Made by a program: the position numbers and the translations under genes
NCBI RefSeq assembly: GCF_042660085.1
Contig: NZ_JBHSTI010000025.1
Location: forward strand, 1 to 9,528
Reading direction: 5' to 3'
Length of the DNA: 9,528 nucleotides
From: Longivirga aurantiaca
GTDB taxonomy: Bacteria; Actinomycetota; Actinomycetes; S36-B12; CAIYMF01
Shown here: one piece after another, positions 7,689-9,528 of the stretch
Layout of the letters: every line of letters starts with the position of its first letter
Position numbering within the stretch: position 1 is the stretch's first letter
Notes under the pieces: generated by a model
What the model was told of the DNA's origin: nothing
What the model saw: the letters and a program-made list of their open reading frames with translations, nothing else
The model's database searches: none

Positions 7689-7735
7689 ATGAAGGGGGCC
7701 TTCGTTGCTCAGAGCGCAACAAAGCCACCCCTCAT
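7689..7735. repeat. imperfect inverted repeat / stem-loop in a divergent intergenic region
   Basis: ATGAAGGGGGCCTTCGTTGC (7689-7708) versus GCAACAAAGCCACCCCTCAT (7716-7735); 16/20 complementary by eye, some differences are G-U compatible; loop TCAGAGC. Confidence 0.65.
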
Positions 7736-7831
7736 CGTCACCAGCCGGTGCGTCCGCCGTGGACGCGGGACGGCGGCGCGCTCGACGGAACGGCGTACGG
7801 CGATCGGACACGGCTGTGCTGGACTACGCGG

Positions 7832-8695
7832 ATGGCCGTCGTCCTCGCCCTGATCTCCAGCGTCCTGTGGGGCGTCGCCGACTTCGTGGGCGGCGTGGCC
7901 TCGCGGCGGGCGACGGCGCTGCAGGTGCTCATGGTCACGACGCCGGCCGGCTTGCTGCTGATCGTGCCCGTCGCGTTCCTCCTCGGCGGCGACGCCGCGG
8001 GCAGCGCGGTCCCCGGCCTGGTCGCGGGGGTCTTCGGTGCGTTCGGCATCCTGCTGCTGTACGCCGCCCTCACGATCGGGCCGATGGGCGTGCTCTCGCC
8101 GGTGTCCGCGGTGCTCGGTGCCGCGATCCCGGTGGTCGTGGGCATCGCGGGCGGCGAACGGCCCGGGCCGACGGCGTACGTCGGGATGGCGCTGGCGGTC
8201 GTGGCGATCGTGACGGTCGGCCTCGAGCCGCAGGCACCGACCGACGACTCGCAGCACCAGCGGGTCTCGCGACGCGGGCTCCTGCTCGCGATCGGGGCGG
8301 GCGTGGGTATCGGCCTGTTCTTCGCGTGCGTCTCGTTCGCGCCGGACGACGCGGGCGTGTGGCCGATCGTCTGGTCGCGCGTCATGTCGACCGTGATCAT
8401 CGGGTTGCTCGCCCTCGCTCTGTTCGTGCGGCGCGGCGAGCGCCCCACGCCCGCGCTGCCGTCGGTGGTGTGGCTCGCGGTGCTCGCGGGTGCGCTCGAC
8501 GTCGCGGCCAACGCGTTCTACGTGCTCGCCCTGCCGCTCGGGCTCCTCTCGATCGTGGCGGTGCTCGGCTCGCTCTACCCCGCGGCCACGGTGCTGCTCG
8601 CGCGCCTCGTGCTCGCCGAGCGCCTGCACCTGCTGCAGAAGGTCGGCATGGTCACCGCGCTCGTCGCGAGCGCCCTCCTCGCCCTCGGCGCCTGA
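7832..8695 (+). CDS. EamA/DMT-family transporter, 287 aa
   Basis: MAVVLALISSVLWGVADFVGGVASRRATALQVLMVTTPAGLLLIVPVAFLLGG... multiple hydrophobic helices arranged as two halves, C-terminal half ALPLGLLSIVAVLGSLYPAATVLLARLVLAERLHLLQKVGMVTALVASALLALGA typical of EamA proteins. Start codon uncertain (weak RBS). Confidence 0.88.
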   Translation: MAVVLALISSVLWGVADFVGGVASRRATALQVLMVTTPAGLLLIVPVAFLLGGDAAGSAVPGLVAGVFGAFGILLLYAALTIGPMGVLSPVSAVLGAAIPVVVGIAGGERPGPTAYVGMALAVVAIVTVGLEPQAPTDDSQHQRVSRRGLLLAIGAGVGIGLFFACVSFAPDDAGVWPIVWSRVMSTVIIGLLALALFVRRGERPTPALPSVVWLAVLAGALDVAANAFYVLALPLGLLSIVAVLGSLYPAATVLLARLVLAERLHLLQKVGMVTALVASALLALGA

Positions 8696-8725
8696 CCGGC
8701 TCAGTTCGTCCGCTCAGGGGTTCCA

Positions 8726-8774
8726 AGATCACGAGTACGGGTCAGATCGTGCAGTTGAACTGCCGTGATCGACC
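8726..8774 (+). repeat. left copy of a 49-bp inverted repeat flanking the DinB-like gene
   Basis: AGATCACGAGTACGGGTCAGATCGTGCAGTTGAACTGCCGTGATCGACC; matches the reverse complement of 9376-9424 at 46/49 positions by eye. Confidence 0.93.
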
Positions 8775-8867
8775 TCAGGGCGCGAATGTGCAGGGCGGCG
8801 TGATGTCTGCGGGGGACGGCGGTAATCGCGGTGGTGGCGGCGTACGGCGAGCCGCAACGATCGGTGC

Positions 8868-9344
8868 ATGCTCAGCGACCCCGCCGCTCTCGCCCTCGTC
8901 GCCCGCTACCGCGCGGGCGTCGTGCTCGTGGAGGATGCTCTCGCCGGTGCGACCGACGCCGACCTCGACCGCCGCGGCCCCGGCACCGACGACTGGTGCG
9001 CGCGCCAGGTCGTGCACCACCTCGCCGACAGCGAGACCAACTCCTACGTGCGGCTGCGGCGCCTGATCGCCGAGCCCGCGCCGACCACGATCCAGGGGTA
9101 CGACGAGGCGCACTGGGCCACGGTGCTGCACTACGACCGGCCGATCGAGGCGTCGCTCGCGGTGTTCCGCGCCGTCCGCGCCGCCAGCGGCGAGCTGCTC
9201 GACACCCTCGTCGACGCCGATCTCGTGCGCACCGGCGTCCACTCCGAGAGCGGCACCTACTCGCTCGCCGACTGGCTCGCGATCTACGCCGACCACGCCG
9301 AGGCCCACGCCGCCCAGATCCGCGCCGCCCGCGCCACCCCCTGA
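8868..9344 (+). CDS. DinB-like superfamily protein (metal-binding four-helix-bundle type), 158 aa
   Basis: MLSDPAALALVARYRAGVVLVEDALAGATDADLDRRGPGTDDWCARQVVHHLADSETNSYVRLRRLIAEPAPTTIQGYDEAHWATVLHYD...YSLADWLAIYADHAEAHAAQI. The W..RQVVHHLADSE and DWLAIYADHAEAH motifs with spaced histidines are DinB/YfiT-like. Confidence 0.85.
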   Translation: MLSDPAALALVARYRAGVVLVEDALAGATDADLDRRGPGTDDWCARQVVHHLADSETNSYVRLRRLIAEPAPTTIQGYDEAHWATVLHYDRPIEASLAVFRAVRAASGELLDTLVDADLVRTGVHSESGTYSLADWLAIYADHAEAHAAQIRAARATP

Positions 9345-9375
9345 CCCGCGCCGCACTCGCCCTTCCCACCCCTTG

Positions 9376-9424
9376 GGTCGATCACGGCAGTCCCACTGCA
9401 CGATCTGACCCGTACGCGTGATCT
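9376..9424 (-). repeat. right copy of the 49-bp inverted repeat flanking the DinB-like gene
   Basis: Plus strand GGTCGATCACGGCAGTCCCACTGCACGATCTGACCCGTACGCGTGATCT; reverse complement aligns to 8726-8774 with three mismatches. Confidence 0.93.
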
Positions 9425-9435
9425 CGCTGGCAGCG

Positions 9436-9477
9436 CCGGGCGCGCGAACCCGTCGTACGTCGGGGCCGCGCGCCCGG
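9436..9477. terminator. strong GC-rich hairpin, candidate bidirectional terminator
   Basis: CCGGGCGCGCG (9436-9446) pairs perfectly with CGCGCGCCCGG (9467-9477), plus inner CCCG/CGGG (9449-9452/9461-9464). 8-nt loop TCGTACGT. Confidence 0.6.
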
Positions 9478-9499
9478 TCGAGCTCGCCGTTCCCGCCCC

Positions 9500-9528
9500 C
9501 TACGGCTGGTCGAGGCGGTCCAGCCGCA
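9500..9528 (-). CDS. possible C-terminal end of a convergent gene entering from the right edge
   Basis: Minus strand CGG CTG GAC CGC CTC GAC CAG CCG TAG (RLDRLDQP*), all codons ending in G/C, placed behind the 9436-9477 hairpin. Too short for more than a guess. Confidence 0.25.

Noticed and set aside
6677-7692. ORFs 6677..7690 minus and 6928..7692 plus
   Set aside because: Shadow frames of the lipoprotein gene, Arg-rich with no domains.
7705-9066. 453-aa plus ORF and 306/257-aa minus ORFs 7709..8629 and 7738..8511
   Set aside because: The plus ORF is an out-of-frame read of the transporter that runs through the left repeat; the minus ones are antisense. The transporter frame has real transmembrane segments.
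8775-9401. 208-aa minus ORF and 165-aa ORF opposite the DinB-like gene
   Set aside because: The similarity of its N-terminus (MQWDCRDRPKG) to the plus ORF peptide (VQLNCRDRPQG) comes from the inverted repeat, not from homologous proteins.
8726-9424. Insertion sequence or CRISPR interpretation of the repeats
   Set aside because: No transposase ORF between the repeats, no visible target-site duplication (left flank GTTCCA, right flank CGCTGG), and only two inverted copies with no direct-repeat array. I keep only MITE-like or dispersed-repeat hypotheses.
1-9528. Defence system, retron, toxin-antitoxin pair or biosynthetic cluster
   Set aside because: No reverse transcriptase, nuclease, helicase, toxin-antitoxin, NRPS/PKS or regulator signature seen. 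Two oxidoreductase loci alone do not make a cluster.

Overview
High-GC actinobacterial chromosomal window with strong third-position G/C bias. I support nine intact or near-intact CDSs plus one CDS running off the left edge. (1) 2OG-Fe(II)/isopenicillin N synthase-family oxygenase, minus, left-truncated and missing from the ORF track. (2) 88-aa orphan protein. (3) Secreted PD40/WD40-like beta-propeller protein. (4) ABM-fold monooxygenase-like protein. (5) Small 4-TM membrane protein. (6) DUF2510-DUF805-type membrane protein. (7) SDR oxidoreductase. (8) EthA-like Baeyer-Villiger flavin monooxygenase. (9) Lipoprotein. (10) EamA/DMT-type transporter and DinB-like protein at the right end. I see no defence system, CRISPR array, transposase, tRNA or rRNA. 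The least explained signal is a pair of 49-bp near-identical inverted repeats (46/49 by eye) at 8726-8774 and 9376-9424 that exactly bracket the DinB-like gene. Each copy can fold, and all three differences between copies fall in predicted unpaired positions. Other structures are a GC-rich hairpin at 9436-9477, an imperfect 20-nt-arm inverted repeat in the divergent intergenic region at 7689-7735, and a terminator-like stem at 6721-6759. Nearly all of the very long ORFs on the opposite strand of these genes are GC-bias shadow ORFs.
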